Assembly (NCBI GenBank): GCA_003278705.1 | Contig: QCDR01000002.1 | Location: 52,593 to 116,592 of the forward strand | DNA length: 64,000 nucleotides | Direction: 5' to 3' | From: Prochlorococcus sp. AG-355-J23 | Lineage (GTDB): Bacteria > Cyanobacteriota > Cyanobacteriia > PCC-6307 > Cyanobiaceae | Shown: positions 9,674-19,117 of the stretch, piece after piece | Numbering within the stretch: the stretch's first letter is position 1 | How the letters are laid out: each line of letters starts with the position of its first letter | The notes under the pieces: generated by a model | What the model was told of the DNA's origin: nothing | What the model saw: only the letters and a program-made list of their open reading frames with translations | Databases searched by the model: none | Made by a program: the position numbers and the translations under genes

Positions 9674-10390
9674 ATGAATAACAAAGAACAAGATATCTAT
9701 AATGCTACATTAGATCTTTTAAAAAAATTTGTAGATTCCAATCAAAGAAAAAGAATAAATTCATTATCTCAAATAGAATCTGAAATCGAAAATATTTTTA
9801 ATCTTGGACCTTCACTGTTTGATCTCTTTGATAGAGATGGTGATGACTGGGCTGCTGGTTGGATATTGCAAGTTTTAAAAAAATTTAAGCCTGAATTCTT
9901 TGAAAATTCAAAATTCAATAATTGGTTTAATACATATTCAGATATTGATATTAATTATGAAGATTTGCAATTAAAGTTAGTTGAGCAAAAATTTGAAGAG
10001 GCAGATAGATTAACAAGTTCCTATTTGCGGAAATTAGCTGGAAAATTAGCTGAGAAACGTGGATATGTTTTCTATAGTGAAGTTAAGAATATGTCAGGTA
10101 ACGATCTACAAACAATAGATAGATTATGGACTATTTATTCTACTGGTAGATTTGGATTCTCAATTCAAGCAAAGATATTAAAATCAGTAGGTAAAAAATA
10201 TGAATTAATGTGGCCGAAAATAGGTTGGAAAAAAGAAGGCTTATGGACTAGATATCCTGGATCTTTTAGCTGGTCATTGGATGCTCCTGATGGACATATG
10301 CCTTTAATAAATCAATTAAGAGGTGTAAGACTTATGGACTCCATCCTACGGCATCCTGCAATTGCAGAGAGACATGATAATGTTCTTTAA
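9674..10390 (+). CDS. gun4: GUN4/Ycf53 porphyrin-binding Mg-chelatase activator
   Basis: FEEADRLT, DLQTIDRLWTIYSTGRFGFSIQ, APDGHMPL and NQLRG motifs. Confidence 0.92.
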   Translation: MNNKEQDIYNATLDLLKKFVDSNQRKRINSLSQIESEIENIFNLGPSLFDLFDRDGDDWAAGWILQVLKKFKPEFFENSKFNNWFNTYSDIDINYEDLQLKLVEQKFEEADRLTSSYLRKLAGKLAEKRGYVFYSEVKNMSGNDLQTIDRLWTIYSTGRFGFSIQAKILKSVGKKYELMWPKIGWKKEGLWTRYPGSFSWSLDAPDGHMPLINQLRGVRLMDSILRHPAIAERHDNVL

Positions 10391-10438
10391 ACTGAGGTAT
10401 TTAATAAGTTAAAATTAAGACAGTATCAAAATATTATT

Positions 10439-10873
10439 ATGTCCTTACTTCGGGGCAAAAATATTTTAAAAAAATTTTTTAAAAGACCAAAGATTAACTG
10501 GTCAAACCACGAATTTGAATCTTCATTACAGTTAAATGAATTTGTCGATCAATTATTAGAACCTATTAAAAATTCTGAATCAAGCTATCTTATAAAACTT
10601 GGTTTACATGAAGCTTTAGTTAACGCAGTAAAACATGGAAATAAATTAGATCCTAAAAAAAATATTAGAGTAAGAAGAATAATTACTCCTAATTGGTGTG
10701 TTTGGCAAATTCAAGATCAAGGTAATGGTTTAGAAATAAAAAAAAGAGACTACAAGTTACCTAAAAAAATAAGTAGTGTAAATGGCCGTGGCTTATACAT
10801 AATTAATGAATGTTTTGATGACATTAGATGGAGTAGTAAAGGTAATAGGCTTCAGTTGGCTTTAAAAAGATGA
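10439..10873 (+). CDS. RsbW-like anti-sigma/HATPase_c protein, PmgA-like
   Basis: LHEALVNAVKHGN (N-box), DQGNG (G1) and GRGLYII (G2) motifs. Confidence 0.85.
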   Translation: MSLLRGKNILKKFFKRPKINWSNHEFESSLQLNEFVDQLLEPIKNSESSYLIKLGLHEALVNAVKHGNKLDPKKNIRVRRIITPNWCVWQIQDQGNGLEIKKRDYKLPKKISSVNGRGLYIINECFDDIRWSSKGNRLQLALKR

Positions 10874-11115
10874 TTTTTACTAGGGCAAGGTTGATCTACG
10901 TTAATTTCTTTTAACCATTTAATACTTTCTTCTATATATTCAATAGTTTCCTTCTCATTACAAGAAATAATTAAATGGCATAATCCTGCCGAAATTAGTT
11001 CTGCAGATCGTTTATATTTATTTCCTTTATCTTTATGCCATTTAGAATGATCAATTTTTAATTTGTCATTAAGACTTTGAACAATCTGAATTGTATCTTT
11101 ATCCCAATAGGTCAT
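10852..11115 (-). CDS. Conserved cyanobacterial hypothetical protein (DUF6439-like)
   Basis: WH..K....R.AE and C-terminal WL......PCP motifs; overlaps the neighbour convergently by 22 bp. Confidence 0.7.
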   Translation of the reverse strand: MTYWDKDTIQIVQSLNDKLKIDHSKWHKDKGNKYKRSAELISAGLCHLIISCNEKETIEYIEESIKWLKEINVDQPCPSKNHLFKAN

Positions 11116-11127
11116 AGAAGTTTTTAT

Positions 11128-12183
11128 TTACTTTACCGCAGACCATACTTTGGTCATAAAAAAGGAGTTTGATTTTACATTTTTAAACCCTACATCCTCA
11201 ATTTTAGAATCTATATCCTCTTTTATGTAATCACAATAAAAAGGCTCATGAAATGATTTATAGAAGCTTTCCATAACGGATGTGAAGTCAGGAGAATCAC
11301 TTATTTGAATTGAATCAGCTAAAACTAATATACCCCCAGGTTCAAGAACTCTAAAAAATTCATTTAATACTTTAGCTCTAATTGTTCTAGGTAATTCATG
11401 AAATAAGTAAACACAAGAAATGCATTGAAAACTATCATTTTCAAAAGGTAATTCCTCAGCATTACCTTTTATTAACTCAATTAAATCTCCATCTAAATCT
11501 GAAATATATCTACTTGCCTCTTTTAAGTATGAATCAGATAAATCAATTCCTGTAATTTTTTCTTTAGGAAATGCGGCTCTTAATTGTTTCAATGTTCTTC
11601 CTGATCCTGTAGCCACATCAAGTATTTTTATAGAACTTTTTTTCCTATCGCTAAACATTTCAAGTCCTTCTTTTATTGGCTTAATTATTCTTCTCCTCAT
11701 TGAGTCAGCACTACCATTGAAAAGTATTTCTACTTGTAGGTCATAAATACTTGCTGAAAAATCTGATAAATAACCATCTGTTTGATGATGGAAGTTTCTC
11801 AAGTAATATTGAGGATAATTATCCTTATCAATTGATTTTGGAAGATCATCAAAGTTTTGTTTTCTGCGTCTATCCCATGTATTAGGCATATCGAGCCAAA
11901 TTTTAGGATATTGAGTTAGATATCTCAGCCATGGTTCATCAAACAATAATTTTTTTGGATATATATTTTTTTCTGCATCATTCCAATCTTCTTCTCTTAA
12001 GATATCCATTGAATTTTGGATTTGCATTAGAAGATCCTTATCTATATTCAAATTTTCAAGCTTTGAATCGGGAAGAATAAAATTCATTAACCTTGAACTG
12101 ATCTGCTTGTGAGCGAAACCTGCAATGCTTTTACTTTGTTGTAGCGTTTTATATGCAATTTTTGAAATAGATTCCCTAGCCAT
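11128..12183 (-). CDS. Class I SAM-dependent methyltransferase (UbiE/COQ5-like)
   Basis: ILDVATGSGR, YPQYYLRNFHHQTDGYLS and YLFHELP motifs. Start moved to ATG 12183 (MARES...) because 12225 lies inside the glnA terminator. Confidence 0.88.
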   Translation of the reverse strand: MARESISKIAYKTLQQSKSIAGFAHKQISSRLMNFILPDSKLENLNIDKDLLMQIQNSMDILREEDWNDAEKNIYPKKLLFDEPWLRYLTQYPKIWLDMPNTWDRRRKQNFDDLPKSIDKDNYPQYYLRNFHHQTDGYLSDFSASIYDLQVEILFNGSADSMRRRIIKPIKEGLEMFSDRKKSSIKILDVATGSGRTLKQLRAAFPKEKITGIDLSDSYLKEASRYISDLDGDLIELIKGNAEELPFENDSFQCISCVYLFHELPRTIRAKVLNEFFRVLEPGGILVLADSIQISDSPDFTSVMESFYKSFHEPFYCDYIKEDIDSKIEDVGFKNVKSNSFFMTKVWSAVK

Positions 12184-12211
12184 TTTTAAATTTATATATC
12201 TATATTCCAAC

Positions 12212-12260
12212 AAAAAAAAAATCAATTTGAGAAAATTTTGTGATATTTCTCAAATTGATT
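12212..12260 (-). terminator. Rho-independent terminator of glnA
   Basis: Perfect 15-bp inverted repeat AATCAATTTGAGAAA (12220-12234) / TTTCTCAAATTGATT (12246-12260), followed by a U-run on the minus strand. Confidence 0.8.
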
Positions 12261-12285
12261 AATGTAAACTAATTTCTTCTTTTAA

Positions 12286-13707
12286 TTATGCATCGTAATA
12301 CATGAAGAATTCATGGGGATGAGGCCTTTGTCTTAGTTGTTGTACCTCTTCGTATTTTATATCGATAAAGTTATCAATAAAATCTTCAGTAAATACTCCG
12401 CCAGCTAATAAATAATCCTTATCTGCTTTTAGCGCGTTAAGCGAGTCATTTAGAGATGAAGGTACTGTATCAATTTTTGCAAGTTCATCAGCTGGAAGTT
12501 CAAACAAATCTACATCTACCCCATCACCAGGATCAATTTGATTTTTAATTCCATCAATACCAGCAAGCATCATTACAGAGAAGGCTAAGTAAGGATTTGC
12601 AAGTGCGTCACCTGATCTGAATTCTAATCTTTTAGCTTTAGGGCTTGGACCTGTTAAAGGTATTCTTACCGCAGCTGATCTATTACCCTCAGAATAAACT
12701 AGATTTACAGGTGCTTCGAATCCCGGAACCAATCTTTTATAACTATTTGTAGTTGGGTTAGTAAATGCTAAAAATGATGGAGCATGTTTGAGTATGCCTC
12801 CGATGTACCATCTTGCTGTTTGAGATAAATTTGCATATGCTCCTTCACCAAAAAATAGTGGCTGTCCACTCTTCCATAAACTTTGATGAACATGCATTCC
12901 TGTTCCATTATCGTTAAAAACAGGCTTGGGCATAAATGTTGCAGTTTTTCCATATTTTTTTGCAACATTTCTGACAACGTATTTATAAGTCATAACGTTA
13001 TCAGCAGCATTTATTAACGAATCAAATTTCATTCCAAGCTCGTGTTGGCCAGCACCAGCAACTTCATGGTGATGTTTCTCTGTAGGGATACCTAATTCAC
13101 CCATAAGAAGAAGCATCTCAGATCTGATATCTTGCGCAGTATCATTTGGAGCTACTGGAAAATATCCTTCCTTATATTGTATTTTGTATCCTAAGTTTCC
13201 CCCTTCTTCAATTCTCCCTGTATTCCATGGCGCTTCAATAGTATCTACACTATAAAAACAACCTCCTTCTTTAGAGTCATATCTAACATCATCAAATAAA
13301 AAGAATTCTGGTTCTGGTCCAAAGAATGCAGTATCTGCTATTCCAGTCGAGTCTAAATATTTTAAAGCCTTTTGAGCTAAAGCTCTTGGACATCTATCAT
13401 AGGGCTCACCACTTCTAGGCTCTTGAATAGAGCAAATCATGCTAAGTGTTTTATGTTTATAAAAAGGATCTATCCAAGCTGTACTCGCATCGGGCACCAT
13501 TGACATATCCGAAGCATTAATTGCTTTCCAACCTCTTATTGATGAGCCATCAAATGCTAAGCCTTCTGTAAATGAATCCTCCTCTATCATGTCTGAAGTA
13601 AGAGTTAAATGTTGCCATTTTCCATGAATATCTGTGAATTTTAAATCGATGAGTTCAATTCCTTCGTCTTTAATTTGACTTAAAACATCTTGAGGAGATT
13701 TAGACAT
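12286..13707 (-). CDS. glnA: Glutamine synthetase type I
   Basis: [32 protein letters not shown] and RLEFRSGD motifs. Confidence 0.99.
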   Translation of the reverse strand: MSKSPQDVLSQIKDEGIELIDLKFTDIHGKWQHLTLTSDMIEEDSFTEGLAFDGSSIRGWKAINASDMSMVPDASTAWIDPFYKHKTLSMICSIQEPRSGEPYDRCPRALAQKALKYLDSTGIADTAFFGPEPEFFLFDDVRYDSKEGGCFYSVDTIEAPWNTGRIEEGGNLGYKIQYKEGYFPVAPNDTAQDIRSEMLLLMGELGIPTEKHHHEVAGAGQHELGMKFDSLINAADNVMTYKYVVRNVAKKYGKTATFMPKPVFNDNGTGMHVHQSLWKSGQPLFFGEGAYANLSQTARWYIGGILKHAPSFLAFTNPTTNSYKRLVPGFEAPVNLVYSEGNRSAAVRIPLTGPSPKAKRLEFRSGDALANPYLAFSVMMLAGIDGIKNQIDPGDGVDVDLFELPADELAKIDTVPSSLNDSLNALKADKDYLLAGGVFTEDFIDNFIDIKYEEVQQLRQRPHPHEFFMYYDA

Positions 13708-13728
13708 AATTTTGTAATACCTTATATG

Positions 13729-13770
13729 AAATTAATAACTTGAGGATTCTTGTTATGTATCAACGGTAAC
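13729..13770 (-). promoter_or_regulatory. NtcA-activated promoter of glnA
   Basis: GTA-N8-AAC at 13757-13770 (one mismatch to GTA-N8-TAC), with a TAN3T -10 box (TAATTT, 13734-13729, minus strand) 22 nt downstream. Confidence 0.78.
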
Positions 13771-13920
13771 TTTTTTTAAGACTAGATGACTTCTTTTAGT
13801 GTTTCAAGTCATAAGTTTAATAATTGTTTACCTAATTATTTAAATTGAATGAATTTCTTTAAATAAATATCGCTTATGTGGCAATATTAGTTTAATTTAA
13901 AAGTAATTGAATGTAATGCT

Positions 13921-15105
13921 TTGACAGAAGCTAAACTTATTTCGGCTTTAAATGAAGAGAACTTATCTTATTTCTCAAAGACTTATGTTCCCTCTAGACT
14001 TCTATTAGGTCCTGGACCATCAAACGCACATCCTGAAGTTTTAAATGCTCTTTCACTAAATCCAATTGGTCATTTAGATGAAGCATATATATCATTAATG
14101 TCTGATGTTCAAAAACTTCTAAGATATACTTGGCAATGCAATAATCGTCTGACTCTTCCAATGAGTGGAACTGGAAGTGCAGCTATGGAAGCTTCAATAG
14201 CGAATTTTATAGAAGAAGGAGAAAAAATTCTTATCGCTAAAAAAGGATACTTTGGAGACAGACTAGTTGATATGGCAAATAGATATAAAGCAGATGTATC
14301 TGTTATTGAAAAACCTTGGGGTAAATCCTTTTCTTATGAAGAAATCAAGTATGAAATAGAGACTAAAAAACCGGCTATATTTGCTATTGTTCATGCTGAA
14401 ACATCTAGTGGGGTTTTACAACCTCTCGATGGAATTGGTGATGTATGTAGAAAAAATAATTGCTTGTTTTTAGTTGATGCAGTTACTTCACTTGGGGCTC
14501 TAGAATTATTGATAGATGAATGGAAAATTGATTTAGCGTATAGTTGTAGCCAGAAAGGATTAAGCTGTCCGCCGGGATTAAGCCCTTTTACAATGAATGA
14601 GAGAGCTGAAGCAAAACTAAGTTCAAGAAAAACAAAAGTTCCCAACTGGTACCTAGATTTATCCCTTTTAAATAAATATTGGGGTTCTGATCGCGTTTAC
14701 CATCATACTGCCCCTGTTAACATGAATTTTGCTATTCGAGAAGGTTTACGATTAATTGCAAATGAAGGTTTAGAGAATGTTTGGAATAGGCATAATACTA
14801 ATGCAAAGAAACTGTGGAATGGTCTAGAAAGTCTTGGTATGGAATTACATGTATCAGAGGATTATCGATTGCCAACTTTAACCACAGTTAAAATACCTCC
14901 AGCTGTTGATGGGGATGGTTTTAGAAATCATCTTTTAAGAAACTTTGGAATTGAAATAGGAAATGGACTTGGAGAATTATCCGGTAAGGTGTGGCGTGTA
15001 GGGCTAATGGGTTTTAATTCAAGTGAGGAGAATGTAGACAGATTATTAAACCTATTTGATACTGAGCTAAAGAAATTTTCTATTTTTGAGTCCTCAACTT
15101 TTTAA
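13921..15105 (+). CDS. spt: Serine-pyruvate / alanine-glyoxylate aminotransferase (class V)
   Basis: LLLGPGPS, VHAETSSG, DAVTSLG, SCSQKGL (PLP Lys) and YHHTAP motifs. Confidence 0.93.
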   Translation: MTEAKLISALNEENLSYFSKTYVPSRLLLGPGPSNAHPEVLNALSLNPIGHLDEAYISLMSDVQKLLRYTWQCNNRLTLPMSGTGSAAMEASIANFIEEGEKILIAKKGYFGDRLVDMANRYKADVSVIEKPWGKSFSYEEIKYEIETKKPAIFAIVHAETSSGVLQPLDGIGDVCRKNNCLFLVDAVTSLGALELLIDEWKIDLAYSCSQKGLSCPPGLSPFTMNERAEAKLSSRKTKVPNWYLDLSLLNKYWGSDRVYHHTAPVNMNFAIREGLRLIANEGLENVWNRHNTNAKKLWNGLESLGMELHVSEDYRLPTLTTVKIPPAVDGDGFRNHLLRNFGIEIGNGLGELSGKVWRVGLMGFNSSEENVDRLLNLFDTELKKFSIFESSTF

Positions 15106-15595
15106 ACCATATCCGTAAGATTTCACTGCATTCATCTTCTAGGATACCTCCAATTATTTCCATTTTATGATGAGCACTTTCATGTTTTGATAGGTCAATT
15201 GAGCCACCTAATCCACCTCTTTTCTTATCGTAAGCACCGAAAATAACTTTACCCATCCGCGCTTGAATAAGAGCAGAGGAACACATGGTACAAGGTTCTA
15301 AATTTGTGATGATAGTACATTCATTAAATCTCCAATCATTTTTTATTAGAGATGCCTGCCTAAGTGCCATTATCTCAGCATGACCTAATGGGTCTTTATT
15401 TATATTCCTCCTGTTAACACCTCTCCCGATACATCTTCCTCTCTCATCTAAAATTATTGAACAGATTGGTAGCTCAACTTTTCCAATTTCTCTAGATCTT
15501 TTTAATATCGAATTCATCCACAAAGTGTATTTTGAATTATTTGTTTTTTTTTGTTGATCTTTATTACTATTTCCATTTTCGAAAATATATCTCAT
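15080..15595 (-). CDS. tadA: tRNA adenosine(34) deaminase TadA
   Basis: HAEIMALR and LEPCTMC zinc motifs. Confidence 0.9.
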   Translation of the reverse strand: MRYIFENGNSNKDQQKKTNNSKYTLWMNSILKRSREIGKVELPICSIILDERGRCIGRGVNRRNINKDPLGHAEIMALRQASLIKNDWRFNECTIITNLEPCTMCSSALIQARMGKVIFGAYDKKRGGLGGSIDLSKHESAHHKMEIIGGILEDECSEILRIWFKKLRTQK

Positions 15596-15638
15596 TTACC
15601 AATATTGAGAATAGAATTATTAATAGATATCTTATCTG

Positions 15639-17024
15639 ATGGCTGAAGATTTAATTAATAATAATGATACATATTTTCCCTCATATTCAGGGACTAATGA
15701 CAAATTGATTACTCTTCTCAATAGAGCTAGTCAAAATCTTTGTGACTGGTTTTCTAAAGCTGATAAAAATGGTCCTTTACCTTTTGATGAGAGTTTCAAT
15801 TGTATTATGCCTTCGGAAGATGGTAACTCTGAAGAAGATTTGTTTTCTGAGATTAAATCTCTTTTGAATAATTCATTTAATCCCGTTCATCCTGGCTCAC
15901 TAGCTCACCTTGATCCCCCACCTTTAATTTTCTCTATTTTGGGAGATTTAATTGCTGCTGGTTTAAATAATAATCTTCTTGCTTACGAGTTATCACCAAG
16001 TGTTACTTTGCTCGAGGAATCATTATGCAAATGGTTTGCAAATAAAATAGGTTTTAATGATTTCTCAGGTGGTATAGCTGCAAGCGGAGGTACATTAAGT
16101 AATCTGAATGCACTCATAGCAGCTAGAAATAATGCTGGATTAGGTACAAATCCTAATTCTGTATTACTTGTTAGTGAAGATGCTCATTCTTCCTTCGTTA
16201 AATGTATAAGGGTAATGGGTCTTGATGAAGCAAATCTTGTCAGAATTAAAACTGATAATCAAGGTCGAATGGATATAAACGAACTCAGAATGTCTTTAGA
16301 TAAATGTTCAATAGAAAATAAAAAAATATTTGCTATTGTTGCCACCCTTGGGACAACTGTAAGAGGAGCAATTGATCCTGTTAAAGAAATAAGTGAAATC
16401 TGTAAACAAAGAAATATATGGTTACATCTTGATGGTTCAATTGGAGGGATTTTTGCTATAACTTCTATTCCAATAGAAGGTTTAAATAATATTAATCAAG
16501 CTAATTCGATAACGATAAATCCACAAAAAATAATTGGCATCACAAAGACTTCATCTTTGTTATTGGTTTCAAATATGAGTACTTTAGAAAATACTTTTAA
16601 TACTGGACTACCATATATATCATCTAAAAAAAATATTATAAATAGAGGAGAAATAGGCATACAAGGTTCTAGACCTGCAGAAGTTATCAAACTTTGGCTT
16701 GGGTTACGTTTTTTAGGTCTGGATGGAATAGAAAATATATTAAAATCATCAATTAAAAGAAAGGATTTTTTTATAAAAAATATTAGTAAAAATAAATTTG
16801 ATATATATTCAGGCCCTCTTCATATTGTCTCATTCTTGCCAAATAAACTTGAGCCAAAAGACTCTGATGTATGGACTCAAACTAAAGTTAATGAACTAAT
16901 TAAAAATAATTTTATGCTTTCTAGACCAAAATTTAAAGGTAAATATTTTTTAAGGGTTGTTATGGGGAATTACAATACAAAAGAATCTCATATTGAAGAA
17001 CTTTTGAGACTTCTAGATGCTTAA
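15639..17024 (+). CDS. Group II pyridoxal-dependent decarboxylase, substrate uncertain
   Basis: SGGTLSNL, ATLGTTVRGAIDP, HLDG and SITINPQK motifs. Confidence 0.88.
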   Translation: MAEDLINNNDTYFPSYSGTNDKLITLLNRASQNLCDWFSKADKNGPLPFDESFNCIMPSEDGNSEEDLFSEIKSLLNNSFNPVHPGSLAHLDPPPLIFSILGDLIAAGLNNNLLAYELSPSVTLLEESLCKWFANKIGFNDFSGGIAASGGTLSNLNALIAARNNAGLGTNPNSVLLVSEDAHSSFVKCIRVMGLDEANLVRIKTDNQGRMDINELRMSLDKCSIENKKIFAIVATLGTTVRGAIDPVKEISEICKQRNIWLHLDGSIGGIFAITSIPIEGLNNINQANSITINPQKIIGITKTSSLLLVSNMSTLENTFNTGLPYISSKKNIINRGEIGIQGSRPAEVIKLWLGLRFLGLDGIENILKSSIKRKDFFIKNISKNKFDIYSGPLHIVSFLPNKLEPKDSDVWTQTKVNELIKNNFMLSRPKFKGKYFLRVVMGNYNTKESHIEELLRLLDA

Positions 17025-17027
17025 CTA

Positions 17028-17165
17028 ATGAATATGGGTAGACCAAAAATTATTGCAATATTGACAGGGTTTATATCTATAGCTATTTGTATTGCTTATT
17101 TACTCCTAATAACTATTTTTGATTTCAGAACTTATTTAAGTGATCAATTATCCAATTTTACATAG
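17028..17165 (+). CDS. 45-aa single-TM small protein (not in ORF track)
   Basis: MNMGRPKIIAILTGFISIAICIAYLLLITIFDFRTYLSDQLSNFT. Starts 3 bp after the decarboxylase stop and resembles a recalled cyanobacterial small-protein family (K.VA..TG.IS..IAYL.L...LDFR). Confidence 0.75.
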   Translation: MNMGRPKIIAILTGFISIAICIAYLLLITIFDFRTYLSDQLSNFT

Positions 17166-18657
17166 TAAATGGAGGCAAACTTTTATTTGATTTAAAATAC
17201 TTTTTCATTTCAATTTTTGAAATAGCCTCTCTTACGAAGTTGTTTAAAATGTCTTCTCTTTTACTTAATCTATAGATCTTATCAACTACTTCTTGAATTC
17301 CTCCATCTCCCCAATCTTGCCCATTTTCAAAATATTCAATCAAACTTAGTCCTACTATTCTTATTAACCAGCCTGCTGTAACTGATTGTATAGATTTAGA
17401 TAATATTATTTTAGTCAAGCTTGTAGCTAAAGCAGGAGAAAGAATTGCGAGACCCCCTTTTAGTATTCCTTGTTTAGCCAATGCGCCTAGCAATGATGTT
17501 GCTAAATCTTTTGCATCTTTTTTTGTAAGCTTTATTTCATATATTTTTGATAATTCCATTATCATTTGAAGGTTAACGGAGGTAGTAGTAAGGAAATCAA
17601 CAGCTGGTAGTGGATTAACTAGTATTACTCCTCCTGTTATCCACATATATTTTTTAATCACTTTATTTGACATTAAATATCTTTGTTCTTGCAAGAAATT
17701 TTTACTTTTAATACCTAACTTATTTGATCGAAAAAGAATATTATCCGCCAATAATTCTTCACCATTATTATCGAGCGTTTCAATTATTTCTCTAAATAAA
17801 CTTCCTACTTCTGGAACTAAATTTAAAGCATCTGATTTTTTAAAGTGAGATTGTTGTGGTACTGCTATTGTTTGCACAAATGAAATTTTATTTTTTCTAG
17901 CGGAAGTTATAGAAATTATATTATTTTTGATGAGATTATTTTCATCTCTAGATCTCAAATCACATTTATTTAGAACTATTATTATTTTTTTCCTTAATTT
18001 TAATAATTCCTTAATTAGATAGTTTTCGTATTTATTTATGTCCTGATCTAACACAAAAAGAACTAAGTCAGAATTTGATGCTTGTATGATTGTTGCTTTT
18101 TCTCTTTCTTCTCCTAATTTAGATGGTTCGAATAAGCCCGGAGTATCAACTATATTAATGTTTCTTTTTAAGATGGGGATACGAATTTTATAGCTCTTAA
18201 TTTGCTTTGTTGTACCAATTTTTGCTGAAGTTTGTCCTACAATGTTTTTCAATAAGGATCTTGCTATAGATGTTTTTCCTGAGGAACCTGCTCCAAAAAG
18301 AGTAACTTTATAATCTCCAGTTTTTAATTGGGACTCTAGTTTATTTTTTTTGTAATTTAACAATTCGACTTTTACTTTATCGTTAATTTTTTTATTAATT
18401 TTCTCGACTCCTTCCAAACTTATCTTGGCAGCACCATATTTATTTTTGAATGAAAGTGAATTTTTTTTATTTTTATATATAACTTTATAAACTATTTTTT
18501 TAAATAATTTTTTATCAATCTTATAAAAGATATAAATAGTTAATATTAAAAATAAAAGGGTGTAAATATTAATTGTTCTTATAAATATCGATAATAAAAT
18601 ATATAGAAATAATATAAATGCAATATACTTTATATACTTTAATTTCAAGTAATTCAT
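17158..18657 (-). CDS. Membrane-anchored Era-like GTPase with DUF697/YcjF domain
   Basis: GAGSSGKT, DTPG and NKCD motifs, N-terminal TMs, NPLPAVD and QDWGDGG. Likely start is ATG 18657, just after lspA. Confidence 0.88.
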   Translation of the reverse strand: MNYLKLKYIKYIAFILFLYILLSIFIRTINIYTLLFLILTIYIFYKIDKKLFKKIVYKVIYKNKKNSLSFKNKYGAAKISLEGVEKINKKINDKVKVELLNYKKNKLESQLKTGDYKVTLFGAGSSGKTSIARSLLKNIVGQTSAKIGTTKQIKSYKIRIPILKRNINIVDTPGLFEPSKLGEEREKATIIQASNSDLVLFVLDQDINKYENYLIKELLKLRKKIIIVLNKCDLRSRDENNLIKNNIISITSARKNKISFVQTIAVPQQSHFKKSDALNLVPEVGSLFREIIETLDNNGEELLADNILFRSNKLGIKSKNFLQEQRYLMSNKVIKKYMWITGGVILVNPLPAVDFLTTTSVNLQMIMELSKIYEIKLTKKDAKDLATSLLGALAKQGILKGGLAILSPALATSLTKIILSKSIQSVTAGWLIRIVGLSLIEYFENGQDWGDGGIQEVVDKIYRLSKREDILNNFVREAISKIEMKKYFKSNKSLPPFTM

Positions 18658-18658
18658 T

Positions 18659-19117
18659 TTATCGATTATTTTTAAAAATACTAAACAGTAAAAAAACGAA
18701 TCCAATATTAATAGCTACATCAGCAACATTAAATACTGGAAAATTTATAATATTTAAATTTATAAAATCAATTACATAACCTTTTAAAATCCTATCCATT
18801 CCATTACCAATAGTTCCGCCAAGAATAAAGCTATAAGAATAAAGATCAAGTACAATTAAGTTGTTTTTCCATAACATTAAATAAATAAGTAATATTGAAA
18901 AAACAATACTTATTAAAGATAAAAATATTCTACTACCACTAAATATGTTGAATGCCGCCCCGTAATTTTTTACAAAGTCTAATTTGAATAAAAGAAAATC
19001 TTTATTAATGAATAATTTTTTATTATAAAACATTAAATATTTCGTAAATTGATCTATTAGAACAATAAAAATACTTAAAGATAAAAAATATATTCTTGTT
19101 TGTATTTTATTATTCAT
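18659..19117 (-). CDS. lspA: Lipoprotein signal peptidase II
   Basis: DQFTK, NYGAAF, GNGMDR, VIDF and FNVAD motifs. Confidence 0.96.
   Translation of the reverse strand: MNNKIQTRIYFLSLSIFIVLIDQFTKYLMFYNKKLFINKDFLLFKLDFVKNYGAAFNIFSGSRIFLSLISIVFSILLIYLMLWKNNLIVLDLYSYSFILGGTIGNGMDRILKGYVIDFINLNIINFPVFNVADVAINIGFVFLLFSIFKNNR

Noticed and set aside
15080-15105. Convergent 3' overlaps (spt/tadA 26 bp; also argC/purN, pgi/leuS) as antisense regulatory systems
   Set aside because: Short tail-to-tail overlaps are routine in streamlined genomes; there is no further evidence.
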